Shown piece after piece: positions 26,130-56,590 of a stretch of DNA of 64,000 nt. A program made the translations under genes and the position numbers. The stretch comes from Hormiphora californensis (Eukaryota; Animalia; Ctenophora): NCBI GenBank assembly GCA_020137815.1, contig CM035359.1:3472001-3536000 (forward strand), given 5' to 3'. Below the pieces are notes generated by a model that ran no database searches, was not told the origin of the DNA, and saw nothing but the letters and a program-made list of their open reading frames with translations. Within the stretch, counting starts at the first letter, position 1, and each line of letters opens with the position of its first letter.

Positions 26130-27880
26130 GGGGGACTCATTAAAACCAAAATTTATTTTAAACCCGGGGACCCGGTTTTTAATAAAAAAAAAACCCCCCC
26201 CCCCACTTCCGAAAAATTGATATTTTTAAAGGAATCGAAAAAATTTTGATGGGGGTAAAAGATCGGAAAAATTTTTATGACCCCATATTTTGAAAAAGAG
26301 GGGTTTATTTATTGGTTTTAAAAGGGTTTTAATTTTGGGGGAAAATTTTTGAAAAAATAGGTAAGGGTTGCTTAAATTCCGGTTAAGAAATAGAACACTC
26401 CCCCCTTTCCTTTTAAATGGGGAAAAATGGGGGGGGGGGGGAAAAAAAAAAAATAAAAAATTTGGGGTTGGGGTCTTCTTTCTGCTTTTTTTTCTCCTTT
26501 TTTTTAAAAATTTTAAAAAAACCCATCTTTTTTTGGAAGGGGAATAGTTTTTTGTTTTAAAAAGGAAAAAAAAAATAAAATTTCCCTTAAACCCTTTTTA
26601 AGTGAAAAAAAAAAAGGGGTTTTCTTATATTCCAATTTGCTTTGTTTTTGGGGGTTAAGAAATAAGGGGTTCCAAAGGGGGGGGAAAAAAGGGGGGAGAT
26701 TTTTCAAACTTTCTTTTTGGGGTTTTTTATTTTTTAACCCCTTTTTCTCCCAACAAAAAAACCCCCCTTTTTGGGCCCCCTTTCCCCCCCCCCCCCCGGG
26801 GGGGGCCCCCCCTTTTTTTTTTTTTTAAAAAAGGGGATTCAGCCCCGGGGGGGGAAAAGGAGAGAAAGGGGGGAAGAGAAAAACCCCCCCCGGGGGGGCG
26901 GGGTCGGGATTTTAAAATTAAAGGGGGGGGCCCAACAGCAAAAACCAAAATGCTACACCCCCCCAAAAATTCATTGGGGGTTAGAACACGGTTTTGGGAA
27001 ACCTTTTTAAAATGCGAATCGGCTTTTTCAAATTCCCAAAAAATGTTTCTCTCTCCCCCCTTTTCTCTCCCTTTTTTTCTTTTTTTCTTTCCCCTCTTCT
27101 CCCCCCCTTCTCTTTTTTTCTCTCTTTTATCCCCCATAAATTTACCCGGTCACGTCTAAACGATATTGGCTTTTACTTTTTCGGTCGTTTAGAGCAGAAA
27201 CCTTAAAAAAAGGGCTAACACTTTCACACTTTATTATTTTTAAAATTTGGGGTTTTTTTCCTTTTTTGGCCCCAAGATATTAGGGTAGAAAGGTTTCCCC
27301 TTTTCCCCGGCCCCCACAATTTAAAGGGAAAAAAAAAAAAATTCGGGAAATTGGGGCAGCCCTCGCCCCACACCAACCTTTAAAATTTTTAAATTTTTTT
27401 CCCTTTTTGGGGGGGGTTTCCCCCTTTTTCCTCCGCCCCAAAAGTAAAAAACCCAAAGGGTTTGTTTAAATGGGGCCAGGGGTTTTGGGGCCAAAGGCCC
27501 CCCCAAAAATTTTTTTTCTTTCCCTTTTTTGGGGAAAAAATTTAGGGAAACCCGGCTCTTTTTTTCCCCGGGTTTTTTTAATAGTTGGTTTTGTTTCCAA
27601 AGGTTTTTTAAATAAAATGAGTTTACGTTTTTTAAAATTTTTTTTAAGAAAAAATTTTTTTAAATTTTTTTTAATTTTTTAACATAAAATGATTCAAAAG
27701 GTTGGGATAATTTTTCAATATAAGATATTAGTTTTAGAAATTTGCCGGGGTACTGGGCAAAAAGTGTAAAGGAGAATTTTAATTGAACAAATTGGTTTTA
27801 AATTCAGGGCGCCCTTCTGCCCCCCAAGGGGGTTAACTTTCAAAACTTTCAAGTTTCATTTCTCTTTGTCTGGGCCCCGG
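26130..27880. other. Probable low-quality, unpolished sequence with inflated homopolymers
   Basis: Dense runs of A, T, G and C (e.g. c17, t15, g14) with no repeat unit, and abrupt transitions from normal sequence. Confidence 0.75.
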
Positions 27881-28466
27881 TATGCCGTTTAACTTCAAAA
27901 GCTTCCTCCTCTTACTTCACCTTGCATTGTAAACAGCTCGTACGTGTAAAATTGAAAATGGCGTGTGTGATCTCTTAGATAGAAATACATGACATGACAC
28001 ATCTTTTTTATTGTCTTATCTATTTGTGTGTCGACCGTCGTATCCCTCTTCTGTCCATGAGGCATAATGAAATATGATATATTCAGCTCTCCCTCTCGGC
28101 CGTCGCCGCATACGTAATCTGTTCTTATAACACATACGTGTGTGGTATGTGACTTTCAGTTCGCCGTACAAACTCATAACCGTGTATGTAACGCGCGGCC
28201 TTCTAAAACTCGAGGGTAAGGGCGCGGGGAGTTGAGTTGCGCGCAGCATAGTCACGTCTGTTCTGTGCGTGACCTGCCTCTCTTGCTAATAATAATGCAT
28301 ATCACGTGACATAGCTTTATATCACGTGACCTTTGTGTGGGCGGGAGGCTAATCATTTCACCACTTCTGACTTTAGAATATGATTATAGCAAGTCACGAT
28401 CACGTTTATAAACTATTTAAATCACGTCCCCTTGCACCATTTAACTACCATGTCTCTCTCTTACAG

Positions 28467-29266
28467 TTGGAACAGCCACAAGCACCCTAGTGAACGGTCA
28501 ATCTGATAATCTCAGCGACGAAGTGAAACTAGCAATTCGAGGTACGAGACACTGTCAGAGCATTGACAGACGAGACATATATTGGCAATATATTATATGG
28601 GTGCGCTATTAATTAAAATCTAGTGAACCTGTCAACCAAGATCTATTTCTTAATTTAGATCATTCGTCATCCTCTCCCTATGTCTCTCTCTTCCTGACCC
28701 AACTCTCATCAATTACCCCCTTACAGATGCAGTTCAGCACACAGTAATATCGATGATGCCCCGCCTCGAACAAATGATCAGGAACTCAATTCGAAGTGAA
28801 ATCACCACTCTTGTTGGATTCGCCCAGGTATGTTTTATTCCTGTATATTGGGGTAGGACAAGTACAAAACTCAGGGTTATTTCTTGGAGCATTTTATTCC
28901 TAATTTTTCACTTTTCACTTTTCATAGTTTATAAAGTTTGGTTCTGTTCAAACTTTCATGATTATTCACCCCTCTCCTCTCTCCCAGTATAAATGCCAGC
29001 AAGAACAAGAACAGCGCCAGCAACAACAACAACAGCAGCAACAACAGCAACAACAACAACAACAACAACAACAAGCAGAACAACAAGCAGAACAACAACA
29101 ACAACAATCACAACAACAACACCACCACCACCAACAATCCTTCTCAGAACAACTAATGAGTGCTTCATCGACCTCCCAAGAGGATAACCGAACATTGTCC
29201 GCGCCCCATTCCTCTCTAACCAGTGAGATGATAGATGATGGGTTTGGTGGCTCGGGATACTTCTGA
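28467..29266 (+). CDS. Three terminal exons (28467-28541, 28727-28827, 28988-29266) encoding a helical segment and a polyQ/His tail; probably the 3' end of the TAZ gene
   Basis: Canonical AG/GT ends and in-frame translation GTATSTLVNGQSDNLSDEVKLAIR|DAVQHTVISMMPRLEQMIRNSIRSEITTLVGFAQ|YKCQQEQEQRQQQ...HHHHQQSFSEQLMS...DDGFGGSGYF*. The phase-1 start matches the phase-1 end of exon 20292-20437. Confidence 0.65.
28552..28569. mobile_element. 18-bp CTGTCA...TGACAG insertion with 8-bp TSD
   Basis: acgagaca|ctgtcagagcattgacag|acgagaca. Confidence 0.75.
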
Positions 29267-30304
29267 CAATACCTGATTGAGATTATCAGCTCTGATTGAG
29301 TGATTGTATTATGTGTACTAACACATATTGACACATTAATTTGAAGTGAAAACTTGGTACACCTTTTGTAGTTGACTTTCCATGATGATAATATGTTGTC
29401 ACACTCACAGGACTGGTTAATATTATCTGGTTGCGGATTTATGATGTAGTGTTGTAATACGGTCGGACCCCGATATACCGGGCAAACCCCTCCGTGAATC
29501 CCGGTAAATCGTGGTCCGATATATGTCCGATATATGTCAGACCAAGTGTCATATATGTCTGTGTGGGCTCTTTAGTGCATGGGCTGTAATTATTATTAAC
29601 ATTCAGTACCGACTATGGGAGTTTAGAGTACAGCTCCAGCTCTGCAGTACCTCAAACACTCAGATCGGTTGTCAGGCCAATTCTCTTATGACCACAGTTC
29701 TCACACACTTCGAGAATGGGGTCAGGTCAATGCTCTGTCAGCCGATCGGGGCACTTGGAGGGCACGCTCCTAACTTCTATAGTTGGTATTTGGATATTCT
29801 TTGTATGGTTTGAATATATACAACATGTAGCAGCAGCTGAGGGCGCCCGGACCCTTCTCAGTAGGGGTCACTACTGTCATGGTATTTGGAGCGGGCAGGG
29901 TTATAGAGTGACTTCCAATGCTGCTACACTGTTTTATTATGTATAACCGATAGCGATACCCTTTTTCCGGCTGTGGTTTTGGTACCCTTCCACAACATTT
30001 TTGTTTGGCTAAAGTATTTCATTATGTAATTGGACACGATGTATTGTTTCCTAATATCTTCCTTTTTTAGATCGTCTAGCAGTTTGTCATTAAAAACGAG
30101 TGATCTAAATGTATCTGTTATATCTTGATTAATCAATATACAAATTTATATATATATAATCTAGCCTATATTGATACGAGAAAGGGCAAGGACCCTGTAG
30201 GCGCTACAAGTTGTCGTCAGGAGGTGTATTATAACTACCACCTCTTGCATGACAAGCTTCTCTCTATACCGGATTTCACGGCAATCAGCATCAATGGTAC
30301 ATAT

Positions 30305-30413
30305 CAAGAACCGACCGAATCAGAAAATACTGGTCCCTGATTGGCTGATAACCAGTCATGTGACCTAAATAACGAGTTCTGATTGGTTGTTTACTTGTTT
30401 CGGTCGGTTCCTG
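30305..30413. mobile_element. Second copy of the 109-bp hAT-type MITE, opposite orientation
   Basis: Same TIRs, 8-bp TSD gtacatat. Confidence 0.9.
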
Positions 30414-31158
30414 GTACATATACTCGAGGGACTATAATAGACGAGGTTCCACGTTCATCGAACTTGATAGACTACGTCTGTCTTACCACACTAAAGACAG
30501 CATGCGTAGCAACTCGAAGTGTGGTCTGCGGTAATTACATGAACTCCTATCGCGACCTCTGATCTCCCCCAAGTGTGTGTCATTGATGCAAATGGTGTGC
30601 GTACTCGCACCCAAGAATCGGTTGAACGTACACCCGGTACAAACAAAAAATTAAAGTGATTTTCAAGTCCGGTCGCAAAGTTACTAAACATGGAAACAGG
30701 TGTTTTTGTTTTTTTGCTGTGTGACCAGTGAAAATGGCATTAATTTGGTTTCACTTGAAAAACGGAGTACCCTGATTCAGCTTAAGAAAATATGATTGAT
30801 TTGGTGACCCGATTTTTCAAAAAACCTCCGTTTTTCAAGACATTTAGTATTTAAAAAGTATATATAATTAGCAGAAAAATTGTTAGGTTTGTTCGTCCCC
30901 TTTTCTCAATCCCAAGAAGACAAGAGTGTGTATCTCTTAAGAGGACAAACTTAACACAAAAAATAATTTACAATATATCCTTTATTCCCTTTATTATACA
31001 CTTTATCTATAATTTAGTAAATTTATAGCATCGTACGGTCCTTTCTTTGTTTCTGGCAAAAGCCTCATATGTATATCAATGTATTGCTGTCTGACGGCGC
31101 ACCGACCCCATCTGATTTGAGAATCAAAATGGGGTAGGGCGGCGCCAGACATTAAGAT

Positions 31159-31510
31159 AAAGTCGGATTTTTTAATCAAGGTGGCAGGTGCATCGGGGGG
31201 TCTTTTAGACCTTATTTCAAACCCGCATATCTCCAGTTCCTGATGAGATAGAGACTTGAAATTTTGAGGTTAGGAAGAAATTTTGAGGTTAGTCGGACCC
31301 CGATTTACCGGGATGCTCAGGGGAAAGGGTTTTGCCCGGTAAATCGGGGTGCCCGGTATATCGGGGTGAAATACTGTTAATTTCTTATATCGGGGGAACT
31401 TTATCCTTCCGGTAAATCGGGGCCCGGTAAATCGGGGTCCGACTGTATTATATGCTTTTGAAATAAGGTCAAAAAGACCCCGATGCCCCTTGATTAAAAA
31501 TCTGACTTTT
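31159..31510. mobile_element. MITE with TIR aaagtcggattttttaatcaag, carrying a nested Tc1-type MITE at 31291-31445
   Basis: aaagtcggattttttaatcaag ... cttgattaaaaaatctgacttt. Related ends at ~16265, 21640 and 32064-32202. Confidence 0.7.
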
Positions 31511-32596
31511 GCAAGTTTTTGGCAATTTATATTCTTATAGGATGTATGACGTGATCATGCATACTGGGCTCAAACCCTAAGGGTGTGTCTATAATAGTAC
31601 TAATTCTATTACAAAATTCCTGTGATTACAATATTTGTTATGAAAATTGATTGCAGGAATTTTATAATAGAACAAACGTTCTCGTGGAACACATGATAGA
31701 TAGATAGTGACGTAGTTTTAATTTGCAAAGATCTTTGTGGAATTTGAGATTTGTATTTGAGCATGCGAGTCTGTTATGGGATATTATAAGACGGCATGGT
31801 GTTAAAGTGTGTGACGTGTGTGTATGTGAACCTTATTAGCTAATATGTTATTAATACCAATCTTACTTACTAATTGGTTATTAGTTATCAGCCCAGATCT
31901 TTACGTGTTATCTCACGGAATATGTTTTTCTCTGTTAAATTATATCTGACTTGATATATATATTGGTGGTTTTTGGAGATGTTGTTATAATGGGTCCATG
32001 TTATGTTGTGCAGAGTGATTTGATTATCATGTGTGTTCTGTTGTAGCAGGCTAAACTGCTATTAAAGTCGGATTTTTGAGGTTGTCACCCATTTTCATGG
32101 TCGTCACATCACGTGTGGTGTGCACGTCAAAAATTGATAAATTTAGTATTACATATGCACGTCATTTTGTATTTGGGGTGACAACTTCAAAAAATCAGAC
32201 TTTATGTACTTATATACTTTAATTAATACGATTACAAAACCAATGCGTTTCCATTTGTTGGACTTTGAGTGACTGTCTGGCGGCGCCGACCCGATCTGAG
32301 CAGTGAGCACACTGTTGCGCGAGAAACATCTGAGCAGTGAGCACACTGTTGCACGAGAAACAAAACGGGGTCTGGCGGCGCCAGGCAGTGGAGTTAAAAG
32401 GTACATTGAGGGACAAGTTCTATATATATAGGGATACATGCATGTACATGGTGTGTAACAGGGAGTGACAAATGTTAGCACGGGGATGATAAAAAAAGAA
32501 GTTCTAGGGTGTTGGCAGGTTGGCTCCTCGGGCCCATGCTGTATGGCGGCGCCCATACCCCAATTTGATTCTCAGTGCGCTCAAATGGGGTCGGCG

Positions 32597-32665
32597 CTGT
32601 CAGGCCAATGCTCTGACCACAGTTCTCGCGCGCTCCGAGAATGGGTCAGGCCAATGCTCTGACAG
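32597..32665. mobile_element. 69-bp hAT-type micro-MITE
   Basis: ggtcggcg|ctgtcaggccaatgctctgacc...ccaatgctctgacag|ggtcggcg. Diverged copy at ~29669-29741. Confidence 0.85.
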
Positions 32666-33726
32666 GGTCGGCGGCCGAGACAGAGCCCATGCAATTTGGC
32701 CAAAAAGTGAGGAAGTACATGTATTTACTTGCTAGTGCACCCTGTCAGGGCTGGGACGCCATGAATGCAGCAGGGAACCAATGCAAATAAGATTTGGGTT
32801 TGGGTTACTATCAGTTGTTATAGAACATGTATACTGTCTGGCGCCGCAGATCTCATACGTCATGCGTTTATAATAGAATATCATCTCAATCTAGCAGTGA
32901 TTCTCCAATCTGAACAGTTCGCTCAGGCCAGGTTGGGTGTTGTTGAGTTGAGTCGGCGTTGTTTTTGGGGTGCGCCAGACCCAGCCGATTTTATTCTCAA
33001 AGTGCGCTCGGATGGGGTAGCTGTGGCGCCAGACAACTAATTTATGTATGTATTTGTTGCTTCTCACCCCCTTACTCAACAACCCAATATTGGAGTTGTA
33101 TATTAATTTGTAACAAATAATAAACGCGGAGGGGTTCATGGGCGGCGGAGCTGGAAACTCCGCCAGAACAAATGTGTTTATTTTGGCATTCGTAATTATA
33201 CAATCGTACAAATAAAAACAAACAGGAAATATGAGTGTTCTGATTCTCTGTCATATCATTTTGCTTACTGAGTCAGTCACTCGATGCTGTAGGTGTAATA
33301 ATTACCGATCAAGTTTCAAAATAGCCTAAAATATGCTATTGACCTATTCTGAAATTTCATCATTGTTTTTTGTTTCCTGATCATATTATGATATTATGAT
33401 AATCTATATCGGTATAGCTAACTCAAATGGGTCAAGATAATAAACTATTCAAAATTAACAAACGTTTAGGTAAAGTGGTCTGTAAACCTATATTTCTGAT
33501 AATAACTCCCTATTGTTTATACATTAATCGATATAATTTTATCCAGCAATCTAACTGACATATACCGCGGTTCAGCATCTGTTATAGTGGATCATACTGT
33601 CGCGATGTTAACTAATGTTAACTAATATTAACTAGTGACACACGCACACATCAATAATGGGGTATAATATAACAAAAAACCTTGTAATACAAAACTTAAA
33701 AACCACTCCTCTCTCTCTCACAGTTC

Positions 33727-50667
<16,941 letters not shown>

Positions 50668-50773
50668 CTGAGAGAGGGGATGTAGTGTTGGAGTATATTG
50701 TTGAGTACCAACTTCTGAAGAAATCAGTCCATTGTATGAGATGTTAGAACGGAGAAAACAATTTGGTCACATT

Positions 50774-51508
50774 ATATACCCTGCTAACTTAAATAATGCG
50801 CCAGTGGCGAGAAGTCCCACTAGCGCGCTCTCAGTAAACAGCCAGTCCAGCGGCAGATTATTTCCCACTGGCAGGTTATTTATTTCTAACTCCTACGTAA
50901 CATTCAAAGTGTGTGTAAATGATCAGTTCTTACTAAAATACAGAGGGAACACTATGTGCAACACTTACACACTACATTGGAGAGAAAGAAAGGACACATT
51001 CCGTCAATTACTCTCTCTTTATCTCCCCTTTTGTCTCACTATCTCTTTCTCTGTGTTATTTGTGACATGCCCCTTATCAGGCTATTTCTTTCACTCTCTT
51101 TCCTTAGCAACTGCTTAGTAACTGTTACCAAACAGTGTACACTCAATTGTGACGTGTTTTTAACTATTTCTCAGTTCTCTTTGTGTGTTTTGATTAGTGT
51201 TCTCTCTCTTGTTGGTGTGTAATACTTGAAATAAACAACTAAAGCAGGGTATATAACCCATAAACTCTGACCACTGGCACGTTATAGGTTTAAACCCCTC
51301 CGCCTCTCCCTCGGCTCCGCCTCGGGATCGTCGTCGTGATTTAAACCAGTTTATCCGCCAGCGGCGGATAAACTCCAGCTAACTTCTCCCAGCGGCGCGC
51401 TGGGAGAAAGTTATCTGAAATAACGCGCCAGTGGCCAGAGTTTATGCCTCATATATACCCTGCTAACTTAAATAATGCGCCAGTGGCGAGAAGTCCCACT
51501 AGCGCGCT
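50774..51508. mobile_element. Composite repeat with direct and inverted tatataccctgct termini (possibly Crypton-like, non-autonomous)
   Basis: A ~56-bp direct repeat at 50774 and 51453, an inverted agcagggtatata at ~51243, and an internal palindromic segment 51243-51463 containing tcggctccgcctcgg. The family label is from recall and is unverified. Confidence 0.5.
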
Positions 51509-51615
51509 GTACTATATGAGAAACTTGTTTTGTTAGATACATTTTTAGATCTGCAAGATACAGACAGCTACTGCTAATCGACCATTATCACAGTTAGAGA
51601 GCACGGAGTTCAACG

Positions 51616-51760
51616 TACCGCATCTTACCATATTTTACCGCACCTCACCGCATCTTACCATATCTTACCTCACCTTACCGCATCTTGCCATATCTTACCT
51701 CACCTTACCGCATCTTGCCATGTCTTACCGCACCTTACCGCATCTTACTGCATCTTACGG
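51616..51760. repeat. 10-bp tandem repeat
   Basis: (ccgcatctta/ccatatctta/cctcacctta)n. Confidence 0.85.
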
Positions 51761-52213
51761 TAAACCATGGCAAACAGCTGATGCCATAAAAAGACAAGCT
51801 GAACGAGAGCTGTTTACTTCTAAGTTCACGAACTAACATTTGAGTTATCTCAATCTTTGTTACCCAAACCTCTTGTTTACCTTTGACTACTACACCGACA
51901 CAACGGATACCTAAACCTCAGCAAAACCCTTCATCGATAACATCCGCACAACGACCATCCTCATCAACACTACCTTCTACGATCACTCCATATTACACGT
52001 TAGCATCCAGCGTCTTGACCAGGTACGTAACTGGGACTACCCTAGACGACCAGCCAAATACCCACGACAAATCACACTACAAGTGGTGCTGTGACAAGTA
52101 GTTTTTTTGTTGTGAGTACAACTCTTAGAGAGTTTTACTAGTGTAATACTGTAATTACTTCATTGACAATTGACTAAGACAGAGACACCGATCGTAAATA
52201 AATTTACAGACAA

Positions 52214-53449
52214 TTGACAAAATTTTTGATTATGAGTGTGACGGATAAAACTGTTAAACAAGTTATAGAACCGGGTAGTAGTAACAACAATGCAAAATCT
52301 GAAAGTTCTACCAAAATACTAAAATTCGCCAAAAATCAAGACAATACAAATTCTAGCGGCGTGCTTCAAGAACAAACGAACTTAGTAGGCGCAAAACACA
52401 CTAAAGTTTTCGATAGCGAAACCATCAATATCTCCGAAGTTATCAAAGATTATGATAACTACAGATATCTTAGCTCACCGAGCAAAGATAAAACCTTGAT
52501 TTCTGTTCACGCTCATATGTCCACAGGGGACAGAAATAAGGCGCAAGCGCTCGATTTTTACCCTGAACAAACACTTGATTTGAAATCTATAAAACCAGCA
52601 ATGATGAGTACCCTCGCGCCCAAAACTAAGAGAAATAAGGCAGGAAATTGAAAACTGTGTAGCCAAGAAAGGATGGGAGGAAACAGCCATGATTACCGAT
52701 AACTTGGAAAACACTAGACCATTCACCGAGGCTTCTTGTTCTAAAGATCTCGTCGATTATCAACTTACTGACATAGAGATTGGAAACAACACACCACCAA
52801 CCATAGAGGAGGAAATAGCTCTACTGCTGGAAACACCTCTCATACACTCCCATCAAGAAGCCTATTTACCTAGGACTGCAGTAGAGAGCGATGTCACCCA
52901 AAGTCTTCCTTTAGCAGACAACACCACAGCGACCCGGTCCCTCACAGGAAGCAGCCCAAGACCGAGCACAAAAGATGTTATGCCTGCAGAAAGTATGGGC
53001 ATATTGCAAGAAACTGTCCAACAACACAGAACAAGCCTCAACCACCTTCACCATGTAGAAAATGCGGTGGTTGGCACTGGACGAATGAGTGCCACTCTTC
53101 CAGTATGAGGATTCAGCAATACCAGCAGATGATTAGAAAGACCTACAAAGGAGAGAGGAACAACTATAGAAACAACAACCGTGGGGGCCTAGAACATAGC
53201 AGACCACCACTACTACCCTCTCCGTCAAACAATGACCGGCAACTGTCAAACAGAACAGGCCCCAACCAGATACTAAAACACACACAACCAGCTGAGGTGA
53301 CACAGCTAGCTGCAGCGATCGCTAATTGTCTAATGGGCAGGACTTATCCAGCCTTCGGAGACACAGAGAACAGTGAAACTCCGGACGAGAACGGCACGAC
53401 ACTATTGGGAAATATCAGAAGGCAACCCAAATTTAACCCATTAGAATAG
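52214..53449 (+). pseudogene. Frameshifted Gag-like retroelement ORF with two zinc knuckles
   Basis: The frame continuing into ORF 53105 reads CYACRKYGHIARNC (CX2CX4HX4C, from 52976) and CRKCGGWHWTNEC (to 53092). Upstream ORFs 52214 and 52689 are in other frames. No pol is recognisable downstream. Confidence 0.7.
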
Positions 53450-54687
53450 AAAAAAAGAAGAAAAAGTTTACACTCACATATTCGCATTCTGAACGCGCTA
53501 AAACACATACACATTAAATATACCTGCAGAACATAAATTAGCTGAGAACAAAATTTTAGTTTTTTTTAAAAAATCTCGCGACCCGCGAAATTAAAATAAA
53601 TGTTAAAATTTACCAGTAAAACAGAATACAATCAACATAAAAATCTCACCTGTTCCATTCGTGAACATAGAGACCGGACGTGCTATGTCCAAGTTGAAAA
53701 TTCGCTTTTTATTTACAGCGTCACTTTCTTAAATCGTGTGTCTATCAAGTAAACTACTGACAGCCAATTTGATCATTTTTAGAAACTAGAATACAACCAT
53801 AAGTTTTAGCCATAAATACTTAGATAAATTGAATAATTAATTACTCCAGCTATGACCTTTGTCAACACTGCTGGGCACGCTTAACCATAACGCACCTTTT
53901 GTCTTGATAAAAACATACGAGCATCCCTGTAGTCGAGAATATCCTAAACTTAATGATAATTTACAAATTTGGACACATTAACTATTATAACTTCTAGGCT
54001 AAATAATCCAATTGATAACTTAATAATTTAACGTTCCCCAATAGGAAATCACATCACTTTAAAGCCTTACAAACATTTAGTGAGAGAGGCCACCCTTTTA
54101 ATTATGAATAACAATAACATAACATGAAATAACATAATTATAGAGAATATTTTAACCATCCTATTAGTAGTCACGCCTGCAATTATAGGGAAAATTACAC
54201 ATAGCTATGCCTAGGAAATTGAGTCACAATTAATAACTTGAGTCTCACTTGCGATAGTCCCTTGTGATCTCGCCGTTGGCAAGCCCAGCCCAGGCACTCA
54301 GGAGAAGAATTAACCATTTTCAAAGAAACCAAGAGTAGCTAACCATAACATATCTTCATTTCATAAAGATGATGATAAGAGAGTATCTATAAAACACCTA
54401 CACCATGAGATCAATTCAACCCATCACCACACGCCTGCAGTAGTTTAGAAAAATATTTTAGATTAATACTGTTTTAGATATCATGTATCGTCATTTAAAT
54501 GGCTCCCGTACGTAGTTACAAATTTAGTCGGAGGGAAGGAACCTCCTGCATAGTGCATACCCTAAGCTAATAAACAACGCAGAATAATACTGACGCAATC
54601 TATTTCGATAATACCAGCCACTAAAAAATTCACACAATTGTTGAATAATTCCATCAAACATAGGGCGCAACAATATAATTTAAATAC

Positions 54688-55012
54688 ACTTACTTGACTT
54701 ATTGACTTAAGGCGACCTCATTGTCCGAGCAGTCAGTTCGGTCCACCACAGCACACAATCTTTCATTAGCTTCTTAATGTCGCCATCATCGGACCAGTAT
54801 CGGGCCAGTATCCTCCCTGAGCTGGTTAATTTAGGTTTTCTTGGGTCTACCTCGGCCCCTGGAGCCCCTATCTGGTTCCCAGAACAGCTGTCAGAGCATT
54901 GGCCTGACAGCAGAACAGCAGTTAGTGAGCTGTTAGCTCCTCGTGCCTTTGCACGTGTCCAGCAAGCCTAAGTCTACGTGTCCTCTACACTTAGACGTTC
55001 ACTATCCCGACT
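54688..55012 (-). mobile_element. 3' fragment of an RTE-clade non-LTR retrotransposon
   Basis: Minus-strand translation RRLRLAGHVQRHEELTAH*LLFWEPDRGSRGRGRP...INQLREDTG...IKKLMKD..LW matches the typical RTE ORF C-terminus, followed by a (taagtca)-like short-repeat tail. Confidence 0.75.
54888..54910. mobile_element. 23-bp member of the same family, inserted in the RTE fragment
   Basis: cagaacag|ctgtcagagcattggcctgacag|cagaacag. Confidence 0.8.
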
Positions 55013-56590
55013 AAATATGGTCCATTCAAAGAGGGAAACAACTATTAAGTAGTACTAAAACTCAATTTACTCATTCGCATCTTCAGTAGCAGTAGGAATT
55101 AAATCAATGTAGCCATAGCACTCCCATAGCTATTACTGAAACATCAACCGATGAAATAACACCACATCGGAGTATCCCAATGAAACCTATAGCTCAGGGT
55201 TCATTACTCCAATAAGTCTGATAGGGTGCCACTCACTGTAAATCATTGATGTGGCTAGATACTACAGTATCATTATTTGTAACAAAGAAAACATTTAATT
55301 ACCACTACTTACTTTTGAGCAACAACTGCAGCCATTCTCACTAGGAGAAACTGGTTATACACAACTTCACAGAAATTTATAGCTGATTCGATTTAACAAA
55401 CTTTGGACAAATTAATTTTAGCATTCTTTATCAAAATTGTATACAATAACAGACAACCCGAGAGATAACAATTACACTTAATTGAACATGAAGTCGAACC
55501 TACACGTGCATTGTTTAGTTGTCCTTAAAGAGACATCCGAGTGTTCACGAGAACACCAATTAAGGACCATTGACTTAGCAGATATCTGAGTAAGACGTCA
55601 TCTTTTCCCCAAAACGCTTGTTTACTATAATATCACAAATATCGCCTTTCCCAGTTCCCACATAACACCTAACCTCACGTTGAACCACCCAGAACCAGAA
55701 CTTTATTAATAACACTCAATCATCCCGTATCACCCAGAACCAGTGAAAAGTATATCTAAGAACTGTCTACAGCCTTAACTTGAAAATTCACCCTGAGTTC
55801 CCTCTAGCGCTTACTCACTTAATACTTACTTAATTGTCTAAATAATTATCTTAGTTGACCACAGGATACTGTCATTACCAATTAACTCCTCGATACACCA
55901 AGTATTGGATAAACCAATAATAAATATTATACCTTTCCTCAAGTTTCTTATGTCTTTAGACAAGCCTACGTAATCTAATAATTGGACATTCGCGTGATGG
56001 CAAGGGATAGGTCACGTGTGACCAACCCTAATAGTCGCCCTGGAATACATAATCCTCTGTATGAGGCCAATCCCTATTCTTAGTGTCATATTACCACAAA
56101 TTTGCAGGTGGAAGAACTATCTTTATATCTTTATATAGTCATTTGGAGCATCAATTTCACTCAGCAAGACACCATAGCAATAATAATAATAATAATAGCC
56201 ACACTGGTATACACGCTCAGACCCCGTATATCACACACAAAAATCCTAGTGCTACGGAGTAATCAGAGCGGTTTACCACTGTAGATAAGTCCTAAAATCT
56301 AATAATTAATAAATATAAACAAAAAAAATGTCCAAATTCCAGAATGTCCAGAACTCCGATGCACATCCAACTGTCACAAAACAATCCTAAATAGGTAGAA
56401 CCACAACAGAATCATATCATTCCAACACACAACCAAACCTCCATATCCGCCACCTTTCCACCTCTGATTGAAAAGTCCTTCCCAGGTTCCGCCACTATCA
56501 CACTATAAAATACTATACATCTGCAGCATAGCCGGGCATACTATAATAAAACACATTTTTTTCGCATTCTATCCACGATTATTTTCACCT

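Noticed and set aside
26130-27880. K/F/G/P-rich ORFs and G-quadruplex-like runs
   Set aside because: The homopolymer pattern is typical of low-quality read sequence and is not interpretable biologically.
28016-28255. ORF with LYGELK...RRRPRGR, faintly like a LINE C-terminus
   Set aside because: The similarity is too short and the spacing does not fit, so it is not supportable.
28962-29334. Poly-Cys, poly-Val and poly-Leu minus-strand ORFs
   Set aside because: They are antisense shadows of the CAA/CAG polyQ exon.
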